This document shows, piece after piece, positions 11,460 to 24,124 of a DNA stretch of 64,000 nucleotides. The DNA is taken from positions 15,500,001 to 15,564,000 of the forward strand of contig OX597817.1 in NCBI GenBank assembly GCA_951406725.2. Reading direction: 5' to 3'. Under the pieces are notes generated by a model. That model saw nothing but the letters and a program-made list of their open reading frames with translations, did not search any database and was not told the DNA's origin. This stretch comes from Octopus vulgaris (lineage: Eukaryota). The translations under genes were made by a program, and so were the position numbers. Positions within the stretch are counted from its first letter, which is position 1; the number at the start of each line of letters is the position of its first letter.

Positions 11460-12660
11460 TGTAACGACCGTGCAAAGCGAGGTGACGAGAATGGCTCCTT
11501 AGTACAACACACGGTGGATACAATAAATATAAAAAGAATAATGCATATATGTGCCAGAGGGAAAAGAGAGACACAACCGGGTGGAATGTTTAAGAGAAGA
11601 TTTATTGATATGTTAACATGTATGACTGTGTGTGCGTCATGTATATAGAATAATAGACAGGCCGTCATGAGAACAAAGTGTATGTGTGTATATAGGCGTG
11701 GATGTATGCGTGTGCGTTAAGTACAGATAAGAATAGTAATGAAGAAGAAAAACATTGAAAGAGTCTATAATGAGAGGTTAGAAGAATGTTCATAGATACA
11801 AGAATGAGAATACCAGTTTGTAGTCAATTGTAGACGATAGTTGAAATGCTCGCAGAAACGTTAGCAAGCCGGGCGAAATGCGTAGCCATATTTCGTCAGC
11901 TGTTACGTTCTGAGTTCAAATTCCGCCGAGGTCGACTTTGCCTTTCGTCCTTTCGGGGTCGATAAATTAAGTACCAGTTACGCACTGGGGTCGATGTAAT
12001 CGACTCAATCCGTTTGTCTGTCCTTGTTTGTCCTCTCTGTGTTTATCCCCTTGTGGGTAGTAAAGAAATAGATAGTTGAAATGCTGTATCAAGAAGTTGC
12101 GGCAATGATGCAGAGCCGGTTGAGGTACATGTCGTACGTGAAGTTGTGGCTGTGATGCTGCTGCTAAGGTCACTTGGTACAGGAGTTCTCGCAGGTTGTA
12201 TATTCGCTGTTGATCTGTGGTGAAGTAATTCACGAACAGTGCAGTGTTGTAACCTGGGTGAGTTGTGTACGTAGAGAGATGTTGACGTTAGGACGAATGG
12301 TGGCGGTGGAAGTGGAGGTCGCTGAATGCTGTTGGACGAAGTTGGTAAGTCTTAACGTGGTTGCTGTTGTGTTGTCGCTGGAACTGACTGTGTCTTGTGT
12401 GGTCAGTGGCTAGACCTCAAAAGGTCTGAAACCAAAGACATCGAGGGGATGGGAAACTGGAGTTTTTATAAGGAGTCGTAGGCTCAAAGTTGGGCAGAAA
12501 ACAGGCTGTCACACATGACCTTATTTGAAGGCTGTGGTTGGTTGGGTTGCATAATGGCGCGCGCTAGAGCAAGAGATAAATTGCACCAAAACCAACCAAT
12601 CAGAGTAGTGGACACAACAGGGTCCAAAATGCGGCCAAAGGCTAGCTGTTATCTACTACG
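11460..12660 (-). mobile_element. Probable solo LTR inserted in (CATA)n
   Basis: Starts TGTAACG and ends CTACTACG (near TG..CA). Minus-strand TATAAAAA at about 12465 and AATAAA at about 11600; CCAAT at about 12597. Confidence 0.45.
11850..12070 (+). mobile_element. tRNA-derived Nin/Deu-domain-like SINE
   Basis: CCGAGGTCGACTTTGCCTTTC.TCCTTTCGGGGTCGATAAA domain; 15-bp TSD GATAGTTGAAATGCT. Confidence 0.85.
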
Positions 12661-12715
12661 TTCGTATGTATATATAATAGAGAGGAGAGGAATTTCACTC
12701 AAGTGTACGCTACAA

Positions 12716-12749
<34 letters not shown>

Positions 12750-12777
12750 GATATTTATATATAGAGAGAGAGAGAGA

Positions 12778-12947
12778 GGCGCAGGAGTGGCTGTGTGGTA
12801 AGTAGCTTGTTTACCAACCACATGGTTCCAGGTTCATTCCCACTGCATGGTATCTTGGGCAAGTGTCTTCTACTATAGCCTCGGGCCGACCAAAACCTTG
12901 ATTTGGTTGACGGAAACTGAAAGAAGCCCGTCGTATATATGTATATA

Positions 12948-12978
<31 letters not shown>

Positions 12979-13184
12979 TTATGTATGTTTATATGTTTGT
13001 GTGTCTGTGTTTGGTGTTTGTCCCCCCAACATCGCTTGACAACCGATGGTGGCGTGTTTACGTCCCTGTAACTTAGCGTTTCGGCAAAAGAGACCGATAG
13101 AATAAGTACTGGGCTTCCAAAGAATAAGTCCTGGGGTCGATTTGCTCGTTAAAGGCGGTGCTCCAGCATGGCCGCAGTCAAATG
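12778..13184 (+). mobile_element. tRNA-derived CORE-like SINE
   Basis: GGCGCAGGAGTGGCTGTGTGG A-box head, B-box, core, internal microsatellite. Confidence 0.9.
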
Positions 13185-13234
13185 TATACATACATACATA
13201 CATACACGCGCGCGCGCACACACACACACACGTG

Positions 13235-13495
13235 ACTCCACTTTTCATCGCAAGTTAGAATACGGTCGAGAAATGGATCGTTCTGGTTTCGGAGAAGCGA
13301 CGATCTAATTTCATATCTTTGTATTTTATGATTTTCTGTGGTTTCCATTTGTCGAGCTTTTACATATTTTCCGATCGCATGCAAATGGTTGCAGGCAGTT
13401 CTTTTGCCAGTGATCTTTCTCAATAACGGTCTTTAATTGACCGTCATCGATGACAGATGGGTATCCAATACGCTCACGATCTTCAAAGCTTGAAA
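13235..13495 (-). mobile_element. mariner transposase fragment
   Basis: DPFLDRILTCDEKW matches the mariner first catalytic Asp motif (FL.RIVTGDEKW). Confidence 0.8.
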
Positions 13496-13496
13496 G

Positions 13497-13820
13497 CGTA
13501 TGGCTCAGTGGTCAGAGCGTCCGGCTGACAGTCATGAGGTAGTGAGTTCGATTCTCGGGCTGGGCTCTTTGTTGTGTTCTTGAGCAAGATACTTTATTTC
13601 ATGTTGTGTTAGTTCACTAAGCTGTAGAAATAAGTTGCGCCGTCACTGGTGCCAAGCTGTATCGGCCTTTATCTTTCCATTTGATAACATCAGTGACGTG
13701 GATGGAGAGGTTGGTATGCATGAGTGACCGCTTATCTTCCATAAACAACCTTGCTCAGACTTGTGCCTCGGATGGGGACTTTCTGCGTGTATCCCCTGGC
13801 CATTCTTGACCGAAGTGGTC
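13497..13820 (+). mobile_element. tRNA-derived SINE (third family)
   Basis: A-box TGGCTCAGTGG, B-box GAGTTCGATTC, TTGTGTTCTTGAGCAAG body shared with 39797-40085. Confidence 0.75.
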
Positions 13821-14277
13821 TATATATATGCACGCACATATATCTATATGTACCGGTGTCATATGAAATTGCCACCCATAATTATGACCCTAGAATCGAT
13901 CTATTGCATTTCAATCTGTTTTACGGTTAGGGTTAGGGGTGGGGGGAACGGTATCTTTTTTTCTTCACAAATGTAAATAAACCCTATCTGTTTCTTAAAC
14001 GAGGGACATATTCATACGGCACAGAATGCTCTTTAACTCAATAGACATCACTGATTGGTTGAAATTGCAGAAATTGAAGAAAAACAACAACAAATATCTT
14101 AAAAACTATAGAATATTCTCAATAAAGCCAAGAAAAAAAGATGTTTTATAAACACATTCTACCAGTATACGAAGTTTAAAATAATTTAGTTACCTAGAAA
14201 TTATGTTAAAAACTGCCGTTCAAACCGAAAAGATCCTATATAAGTACGATACTGAAATGAAAATAAATTAATAAATA

Positions 14278-14438
14278 GGCGCAGGAGTGGCTGTGTGGTA
14301 AGTAGCTTGCTAACAAACCACATGGTTCCGGGTTTAATCCCACTGCGTGGCATCTTGGGCAAGTGTCTTCTGCTATAGCCGGGCCGACCAATGCCTTGTG
14401 AGTGGATTTGGTAGACGGAAACTGAAAGAAGCCTGTCG

Positions 14439-14473
<35 letters not shown>

Positions 14474-14684
14474 TTGTGTGTCTGTGTTTGTCCCCCTAGC
14501 ATTGCTTGACAACCGATGCTGGTGTGTTTACGTCCCCGTCACTTAGCGGTTCGGCAAAAGAGACCGATAGAATAAGTACTGGGCTTACAAAGAATAAGTC
14601 CCGTGGTCGATTTGCTCGACTAAAGGCGGTGCTCCAGCATGGCCGCAGTCAAATGCCTGAAACAAGTAAAAGAGTAAAAGAGTA
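14278..14684 (+). mobile_element. Full-length CORE-like SINE
   Basis: Complete head through (AAAGAGT)n tail. Confidence 0.9.
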
Positions 14685-14789
14685 TGTTTTGGTTCTGAAG
14701 TGGATTTAATGTGTGAGTGTGAATGAGGATTAAAAGTTAGGGAATGTCTGTTAATACGTGTTTTAATAAAGGAAAGATAACTCTATACT

Positions 14790-14832
14790 GTTGTTATGGC
14801 AACAATAACAACGCTAAAAAGCAGCGGTAAGT
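14790..14832 (+). promoter_or_regulatory. RFX X-box plus 5' splice donor; candidate CCDC13 promoter and first exon
   Basis: GTTGTTATGGCAAC (14790-14803) is close to the RFX consensus GTTGCCATGGCAAC; GCG|GTAAGT donor at 14827; unique sequence upstream of a ciliary gene. Confidence 0.5.
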
Positions 14833-14880
14833 AATTCGGCTTTTAGTTTTTGTCTTTCTCTTTATACATGCATGCATGCA

Positions 14881-14922
<42 letters not shown>

Positions 14923-14932
14923 CACACACACA

Positions 14933-15035
14933 CAGTAATCCCCTCGCCATATCGCGGTTTATTGTTTAAGCTTACGTCGATTCTTCCGTGGTGTTGTTTT
15001 GGAATATGACACCCGCGACTGCTGAGGGATTACTA
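14933..15035. mobile_element. Tc1/mariner (pogo/Tigger-like) MITE
   Basis: TIRs CAGTAATCCCCTC...GAGGGATTACTA within a TA-rich microsatellite. Confidence 0.6.
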
Positions 15036-15629
15036 TATATATATATATATATATAGTAAACAAATATGCTCGTGTTTACTCACTTGAAACCTGAAAACGT
15101 ATTCCGTATTAAATGTACATACGTCTCATTACGGCTATCCTTTTGTTTAGATAGTGTGAGCTGCTCTAGGCAAATAATTTAGCCAATGGAAATATCTACG
15201 CTTGTGGTACAGCTGAATTTATTTTGTCATTCAATTTGACAAAAAATCGTTATAAAATACATTGTAAAAATAAATATATTAGTACTAAAATTATCTATCT
15301 ATTGTATCAACAAAATCAAACGAGAAAACATTGTCAACATGCTTCATATGTAATCTACACTATTTAAACAAAACCATGGTTGCTCTCTCGTGTATAATTT
15401 CTTGTTATTTGTCCATTGTTTTTTTTTGTTTTGAAAATGAAAATAATATCGCAATTCAATAGATCGATGTGAGTGACTTAAATGTCAAAATCTACAGCTG
15501 ATTGTTGGGCGATTTTAGTAAAGAATTTCAATATATTTACTTTTGTTTTTTATGTCCGGTTGAAACTGACGTTTATTTGCCTTTGAAGTCTGCGAAGAAG
15601 GTGGGGAGTGAAGTGAACGGTAGCACGCG

Positions 15630-15633
15630 CGCA

Positions 15634-15676
<43 letters not shown>

Positions 15677-15724
15677 TTACACATGCACACAAAATTACTT
15701 TCACGTCCATGAACTGAGTAGTGA

Positions 15725-15772
<48 letters not shown>

Positions 15773-16016
15773 TACACACACACTCACACACACACATACA
15801 TACACACATGCGCACACGCATACACACATTTACTTTTACGTCCATGAGCTGAGTAGTGAGACACACTCGACACACACACACACACATACACACACACTCA
15901 CACACACACACTCACACACACACATACATACACACGCGCGCACACACATACACACATTTACTTTCACGTCCATGAGCTGAGTAGTGAGACACACACACAC
16001 ATACACACACACACAC

Positions 16017-16050
<34 letters not shown>

Positions 16051-16164
16051 ACACACACACTCACACACACACATACATACACACGCGCGTACACGCATAC
16101 ACACATTTAGTTTCACGTCCATGAGCTGAGTAGTGAGACACACACACACATACACACACACACA

Positions 16165-16217
<53 letters not shown>

Positions 16218-16422
16218 ACACACATACATACACACGCGCGTACACGCATACACACATTTACTTTCACGTCCATGAGCTGAGTAGTGAGACACACTCGACA
16301 CACACACACTCACACACACACACACGCGCGTACACACATACACACATTTACTTTCACGTCCATGAGCTGAGTAGTGAGACACACACACACATACACACAC
16401 ACACACTCGACACACACACACT

Positions 16423-16453
<31 letters not shown>

Positions 16454-16777
16454 ACACACATACATACACACGCGCGCACACACATACACACATTTACTTT
16501 CACGTCCATGAGCTGAGTAGTGAGACACACACACACATACACACACACACACTCACACACACACACTCACACACACACACACACTCACACACACACATAC
16601 ATACACACGCGCGTACACGCATACACACATTTACTTTCACGTCCATGAGCTGAGTAGTGAGACACACTCGACACACACACACTCACACACACACACACAC
16701 TCACACACACACACACACATACACACATTTAGTTTCACGTCCATGAACTGAGTAGTGAGACACACTCGACACACATT

Positions 16778-16810
<33 letters not shown>
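15630..16810. repeat. Array of nine conserved ~35-bp cores separated by variable (CA)n spacers
   Basis: Core CATTTACTTTCACGTCCATGAGCTGAGTAGTGAGAC at about 15693, 15827, 15955, 16104, 16255, 16345, 16491, 16628 and 16726. Confidence 0.95.
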
Positions 16811-16813
<3 letters not shown>

Positions 16814-16928
16814 CACCCATTGTCTTATACATGTACATACATAAATACACATACTATACATCTTTTTTGTATGTATGCATATATATATGTATGTATGCAG
16901 ACCTGTGTGAATGCATATATACAATATA

Positions 16929-17086
16929 GGCACAGGAGTGGCTGTGTGGTAAGTAGCTTGCTAACCAACCACATGGTTCCGGGTTCAGTCCCACTGCGTG
17001 ACACCTTGGGCAAGTGTCTTCTGCTATAGTCTCGGGCCGACCAATACCTTGTGAGTGGATTTGGTAGACAGAAACTGAAATATGCC

Positions 17087-17117
<31 letters not shown>

Positions 17118-17340
17118 ATGTGTGTGTATATGTTTGTGTGTCTGTGTTTGTCTCCCCCAACATTGCTTGACAACTGATGCTGGTGTGTTTACATCCCCAT
17201 CACTTAGCGGTCCGGCAAAAGAGACCGATAGAATAAGTACTGGGCTTACAAAGAATAAGTCCCGGGGGTCGATTTGCTCGACTAAAGGCGGTGCTCCGGC
17301 ATGGCCGCAGTCAAATTAACTGAAACAAGTAAAAGAGTAA
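16929..17340 (+). mobile_element. Full-length CORE-like SINE
   Basis: Same consensus as 14278-14684. Confidence 0.9.
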
Positions 17341-17869
17341 ATATGTATTATTGTGTATGTATATGTATTTGTGAGTAAGTATTTAAGTGTATGTATATAC
17401 ATTTGTGCATGCGTAAGTACATACATGTATGTGTATGTACACTCAGTACCAGACAGTGTCTGGGTTCGTTTCTCATTATATTTTTTTTTTGTTTCTCAAT
17501 ATACTGGACATTGTTTTACCTTTTTACGATTATGTATGTATGTCTTATTCAGTTTTATTTCAAGATTTCTTGCCAATAAGAAAGGAGCTGGTTTCTAACC
17601 TAGATCCAAGGCTCCTTCATTGGAATTTCAAAAGCATCAACAGGGTAGTTTCGTTTGTAGGTATATGTACAGATTTATATGTTTTGTTTTATGTATATAT
17701 TCTCATGCATTTACTTGCATATCTAGGCATGCTTATATATACTTAAATGATAAACTTCTGGTAAGTTTTACAGTTTTTTTTACAGTTCCGGTAAGGGCTT
17801 GGATCAGTAGACTTTGAATCAGCTTTCTCCTTTCTGGTTTTGAGAAGCCTGATTGTTGCTCAGGAACTT

Positions 17870-18140
17870 ACTGCTAAAAAGGACTGAGAAGTCAGAATGA
17901 AAATTCTTGCAAAGCCGTAAATGAACCAGGATACAACTCTCCAGAAACTATCAGAAGAGTGCAATAAGATATTAAAAGTAAGGCATGACACAGAAGAAAT
18001 CCAACACAGAGATTGTTTACAGATAAAACCAGTGCAAAAAAGTCGGAAGATGGATAAAGTGTTTTGCAAAAATCATGATATATATCAGGAGATAAACCCA
18101 TGCAAAGCATGTGGTGGTAGGCACCTGAGAAAAGAGTGTC
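17870..18140 (+). mobile_element. Gypsy gag fragment
   Basis: NQDTTLQKLSEECNKILKVRHDTEEI..PCKACGGRHLRKEC; homologous to the minus-strand gag at 21560-21930. Confidence 0.65.
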
Positions 18141-18142
18141 TC

Positions 18143-18357
18143 TCTTTACTCTCTTACTCTTTTACTTGTTTCAGTCATTTGACTGCGGCCATGCTGGAGC
18201 ACCACTTTTAGTCGAGCAAATCGACCCCGGGACTTATTCTTTGTAAGCCCAGTACTTATTCTATCGGCCTCTTTTGCCGAACCGCTAAGTGACGGGGATG
18301 TAAACACACCAGCATCGGTTGTCAAGCAATGCTAGGGGAACAAAAACAGACACACAA

Positions 18358-18390
<33 letters not shown>

Positions 18391-18558
18391 CATATATACG
18401 ACAGGCTTCTTTCAGTTTCTGTCTACCAAATCCACTCACAAGGCATTGGTCGGCCCGGGGCTATAGCAGAAGACACTTGCCCAAGATACCACGCAGTGGG
18501 ACTGAACCCGGAACCATGTGGTTGGTTAGCAAGCTACTTACCACACAGCCACTCCTGC
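18143..18558 (-). mobile_element. Full-length CORE-like SINE
   Basis: Reverse complement of the SINE consensus. Confidence 0.9.
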
Positions 18559-18784
18559 GGCCGGTTCTGGTCCAGTAAACCAAAGAAGGAAAGCTGCCTT
18601 GTCGTGACTTTTCTACCCAATTTTCCAATTAGGTAAATAAATAAAAGCTCTTTTCTTGAGGTTTTCAAGGGAGTAGGATGTGACCTGGGGGTATATATCT
18701 TGCTCTTATTTCCTTAGGTCAATAGACCTGCTAGAAACAATAGCCAAACCAATATTTTTATTATTATTTATTTATTATTATGAA

Positions 18785-19270
18785 AGCGATGAGCTGGCAT
18801 AATCGTTATCTCGCCGGGGAAAATTTTAATGGTATTTATTTCAACTTTAACTTCTAAGTTCAAATGCTACCGGGGTCGACTTGCTTTGCCTTTCTTCCTT
18901 TCGGGGTCGATAAAATAAATACAAGTTGAACACTATCCCACTATTTATCGACACTATCAGGGTCGATAAGTCAATTACCAGTCATGTACTGGTGTCGATC
19001 TAATCGACTGGCTCCTCGAAATTATTGTTCTTGTGCTGAAATTTGAAATCAATTTAAATTATATGTACCCTTCGTTTGTATATCGGCAACTGTGTACCTG
19101 ATGGAAAAAGCAATATTTCTGTTATTAGATATAACTATGAAGGCGGCGAACTGGCATAATCATTAGCACGCCGGACAAAATGCTCAACTGAATTTCTTCC
19201 GGCCTTACCTTCCGAGTTCAAATGCTGTTAAAATCAAATTTCCTCTTTTCCCTATCGAAGTCGATATAAC
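18785..19270 (+). mobile_element. Old Nin/Deu-domain-like SINE copies
   Basis: Degenerate GAGCTGGCA..GTTCAAAT..GGGGTCGATAAAAT motifs at about 18785-19050 and 19140-19270. Confidence 0.65.
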
Positions 19271-19940
19271 CAATCCATAGGTATTTCTACACCTGTTGGT
19301 TTCATTTTCTATTACTCTTTCCTTCAGCTAATTTCTATGTCCCCTTTTCCATCCCATTTCTTCTTCTTACACCATACATCATTCTTCCTATGTATGTTAC
19401 AATTTCTCCTTTTTCCCAGTATCGCTTGCCATTTTTGTACAGTCTTACATATACTTAATCACCGATTCTAAAGTATTTTGGTATGTCCTTACTAGCACGT
19501 ACATTTTTCTTCACTGGTAACAGTTTCTCGAATACTGACTTCACCTTTCTGGCAAATGTTTATTCTGCTGGTGAACTTTTTCTGGCGCATCTGGTTTTGG
19601 AGTTACCCGGTATACCCTTAAGAATTGTTGGGTTGCCACCTTGTCCGTGGCTTTCTAATTAGCATTCTTTAAAGCTCTCTTAAAAATGTCCACTTACCTT
19701 CCGGCCCTTCCATTCGATCTAGGGTGAGACGGTGCTATAGTTTCATGTTCTAACGCGAACATCTCGCAGAATTTTTTGAACTCACAGGATACAAACTATG
19801 TTCTGTTATCAGAGACAATTATATCCAGTACACCAAATCTTGCGAACAGCTCGTGCAAGAAGTTTATTACTCTGCCAACGTTCATCCTCTGCAGTCTTTT
19901 ACCAGGTTTTCAACTTTTTCGTCCATTCTTGACCAGTATA

Positions 19941-20275
19941 GGCGCAGGAGTGGCTGTGTGGTAAGTAGCTTGCTAAACAACCACATGGTTTCGGGTTCAG
20001 TCCCACTGCGTGGCATCTTGGACAAGTGTCTTCTGCTTTATCCCCGGGCCGGTGTGTGTTTGTGTGTCTGTTTGTCCCCCTAGCATTGCATGACAACCGA
20101 TGCTGCTGTGTTTACGTCCCCGTCACTTAGCGGTTCGGCAAAAGAGATCGATAGAATAAGTACTGGGCTTACAAAGAATAAGTCCCGGGGTCAATTTGCT
20201 CGACTAAAGGCGGTGCTCCAGCATGGCCGCAGTCAAATGACTGAAACAAGTAAAAGAGTAAAAGAATAAAAGAGT
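19941..20275 (+). mobile_element. CORE-like SINE inserted in the Gypsy integrase
   Basis: Splits ..RSFVY|YWSRMD.., with a short GTATA duplication. Confidence 0.9.
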
Positions 20276-20675
20276 ATACAAAACTTCGCGTCAGCGTTTT
20301 CATTCTAGAGATGCCTGAGTGTCCCACATGAAACTCTTTTAGCAGTCTCTTCTGTAATGTCTATGGTATAACCATGCTCTGAGCGTACATTAGTACACCA
20401 TCACATATAGAGTAAACGTTCACATCTTGGCAGCTCTTTTCATCAGACCTGTCTTTATTTCCTTTTGTCGACCACAGTTTTCTTTTTGCCTCATTAACAA
20501 ATTTTTCATTTCTCGCATTTCTTTTTATTTCTTCCAGAGTTTTCTTTTTTTTGTTTCAATTCAGTGACCTCGTATGATCGACTGACTGCTTCGTTTACGC
20601 TGTTGCATAAAGCGCTTATGGGTGTATCCCATAAATTAAATTTCTCCATACATTCGTTGCCAAATAAATTCCTTA

Positions 20676-21079
<404 letters not shown>

Positions 21080-21278
21080 TATAAATTCATGGATCTTTTT
21101 CAAAAAGTAAACATTCACTTTTTTGGTTCGACCTTTGAACATTATATTACAAACGCGTTCGTCCGTTTGAACATAGCTTTCTTCCTGTAGCACCGTACAC
21201 TAATTTGTTTGGACTACATAATTTCGGTTTACACATTTGTTCCCGTGTTTCTTGTTCATGGTTGTGATATCACTTCCC

Positions 21279-21446
21279 TGAGTTCAAATTCCGCCGAGGT
21301 CGACTTTGCCTTTCATCCTTTCGGGGTCGATAAATTAAGTACCAGTTACGCAGTGGGGTCGATATAATCGATAATCGATTTGATCCGTTTGTCTGTCCTT
21401 GTTTGTCCCCTCTATGTTTAGCCCCTTGTGGGCAATAAAGAAACAG
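21279..21446 (+). mobile_element. 5'-truncated Nin/Deu-like SINE
   Basis: 13-bp TSD GATATCACTTCCC. Confidence 0.85.
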
Positions 21447-22599
21447 ATATCACTTCCCGTGTCTACTTGCATTGTGATACTAGTGTTTCAGTTTGTTGTA
21501 GTCACAACTTTTCCTGCTGACAAACTATTTACTTTTCTTGTTTGTTCCAATTTTCTATCATTCTAGTTTTGCAAGTGAGATTTTATATGTCCTGCAAACC
21601 CACAGCGAGAACACTTTACTTTTTTATACGGACTATCTTTTTTCAGATGCATCTCACTACATGCCATATATGGGTCTACATCGCGTTATTTTTTCTGTTT
21701 CTCCTGCAACTCTATTTGCCTTCCGACTTTTTTTGCACTGGTCTTATGTGAAAACATTATTTGCATAGAATTTATTCTGTGTCATGCCTTAATTCTAATA
21801 TCCTGTCTCACTCTTCCGATAATTTCTGCAAAGTCAAATCCTGGTGCATTTCCAGTTTTGATTGAATTTTCGTTCAGATTTCTGCATCCCTTCTCTCTGT
21901 CAATCCTTGTGCAAAACTCAAACACTTGAAAGTATCTGGAGTAAGCTTACTTAGCCTAAATCTCTCGCTTTCTTTGTTGACTCTGCTGAAGTGTACATAG
22001 GAAAAATGATGTACGGAATTAAAAGCAGTAAAAGTATTGAAACAGACACATACCATTTGAAGAAGAGATTCATAGAAAATGAACCAGACAGATTAGAAGA
22101 ACTTAAGGAATGGCTGTATGATACATTTCAGGTACCAACACCTTTACAGGTGGTTGAATCCATGCAAACAAGTGGGAGAATATGGAAGAACATAGAGTTC
22201 CTATAAATAGATGCCAAAAAGAGAAAAATATTAAGTTGGAAAAAATAGAATGCAAAAATGGGAGGAGGGGTGAATAAAATAAAATAAAATTACTTGCTCC
22301 CAAAGAAAAAAGTAAGCTAAAAGGGGAGATGTTGTAGTGAAAATAGTACAGTTCTTCCCACGTGACAAAGTGGGTTGAGCCAGCAACTATGAAGTCAGGC
22401 AGTCAGTAGTAGCAGAGTTGGAGAGTAGTTGACAGCGTTATTTTTGGAGTTGAGTTGTTGATGACGGAGTGTTTTTGTGAGTAAGAGCGTTAAATAATTG
22501 TTCGTTTATTGCTGTTTGATTGTTGATATTGTTAATTGTTGTTGAGGGGAAAAAAGGAGAAAGTGCCAGCGGGTGGCCACAGTTGTGCGGTTGCAACTG

Positions 22600-23490
22600 G
22601 GAAAGGATCAGAAGAGGAAACGTTGAAGATAATTGAAATTAAGGTCGAACCAAGGAAAATGAAGGTGGGATGACGTCAGCAGCTGGGGAGCTGACCGGAA
22701 GGGGCAGCCGTGATGTGTGCGCAGTGAGTGGGTCATTCTGCCTTTTTCAAGTCCGGTCGTCAAGGGGTTAAGACGGGGTGATCACATTGTTAAGGTTGGG
22801 TGAAGCAGCTGCTATCTCTAGCGTTCGGGTCGGGCTGTGTCGAAGGATCCGTTACCGCTGAAGGGTCTCCATCAGAGAAGGTAGGTGCCTTTGTTTTGAA
22901 TCTCTCGCACACACCGCAGAGATGTGAAAAGTTGCTGGAGAAGGATGTAGAGACGTTGAAGTTGACGCCACCTGCTGAGCTGACAAGCAGTGTAGCGAGA
23001 CGAACAGTTACGCATAAAACAATGAAAATAGCAACGAGAAGGATGGAGATTGCAACAGTGGAGGAAATCGAAGAAGAGTTGAAAAGCATTAAAAAATTAA
23101 CAACTTATATAACAAGAGGAAGGAAGTATGCCACCGTGGAGGTGCGCTTTGCGACAGAGGAAGGGGTAATCAGGCATGCAACGGAGGCAATAAGATTGAA
23201 GGAGTGGATAAGGCGGTGAGCTGGCAGAAACGTTAGCATGCCGGGCGAAATGCGTAGCCGTATTTCGTCTGACGTTACGTTCCGAGTTCAAATTCTGCCG
23301 AGGTCGACTTTGCCTTTCATCCTTTCGAGGTCGATAAACTAAGTACCAGTTACGCACTGGGGTCGATAAACTCGACTGAATCCGTTTGTCTGTCCTTGTT
23401 TGTCCTCTCTGTGTTTAGCCCCCTTGTGGGCAGTAAAGAAATAGGATACTTTTGCCGTCATACTGTGGCAAACATGTGGCCAGAGTGCGT
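22600..23490 (+). mobile_element. 5' region and ORF1 start of a Tx1/L1-like LINE, interrupted by a SINE at 23210-23444
   Basis: ORF1-like MKIATRRMEIATVEEIEEELK..YATVEVRF..KEWI|LLPSYCG, homologous to 62770-63180; 22665-22890 recurs inverted at 35410-35655. Confidence 0.6.
23210..23444 (+). mobile_element. Full-length Nin/Deu-like SINE
   Basis: AGGCGGTGAGCTGGCAGAAACG head through AAAGAAATA tail; GGATA duplicated at the ends. Confidence 0.9.
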
Positions 23491-24124
23491 TTTATGTTTT
23501 ATGTCCCCATTGTGGTGTTGTGTCTGTTCTTGTTATGTCCCCCCTCTGTATTGTGGCCATGGTGCCAAATAAAGAAATTCAGTAGTAATAGAGTCGTTGT
23601 ATGAGTTCTCAATTGGAGTCAGTGTCAGTTACGTGATATATATGAGTTCAAGTTACCATCAAGGTAGATGTTTCAAAGTCGTTGTCTTGCAGAACTCTCA
23701 GCGATAGCACAATAGATGAGTCAAAGATGATAAGATGCAGAATACTGCCCCAGCACAATTGTGGTGAAAAGAATATTACAGTCCGGCAATAATATGCAAG
23801 TGGACGTGGATCCACATTATAATAGTGTGTATGTCTGTCTATCTGTCTGTCTGTCTGTATGTATGTATGTATGCACGTATGTGTGTATGTGTGCACAAAC
23901 ATGTTCAGTTTATGTATGTATGTGTATATATTTATGTGTGTGTGTGTGCAAGTGTGTGCATGTGTGTGCGTGTGAGTGTGTGTTTCACTATTCAACAGAC
24001 AAGAAAGTCGATTTGTTGTGTGTGCACATACACACACACACAACACATATTGATTTTCATGACTGCTGAATAGTGAATCCCACACTTGCACACACACACA
24101 CATACACGCATACATGCATACATG

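Noticed and set aside
13853-14240. GGTTAGGGTTAGGG as telomeric sequence
   Set aside because: Only two units, embedded in what is probably an interspersed repeat that I cannot classify from one copy.
14201-14709. Recurrent small ORFs (MSSNARGT.., MTTDAGVF..) as a peptide gene family
   Set aside because: They are translations of SINE copies and recur only because the SINE does.
15630-16810. CRISPR array
   Set aside because: Eukaryotic context, spacers are related (CA)n tracts rather than unique sequences, and there are no cas genes.
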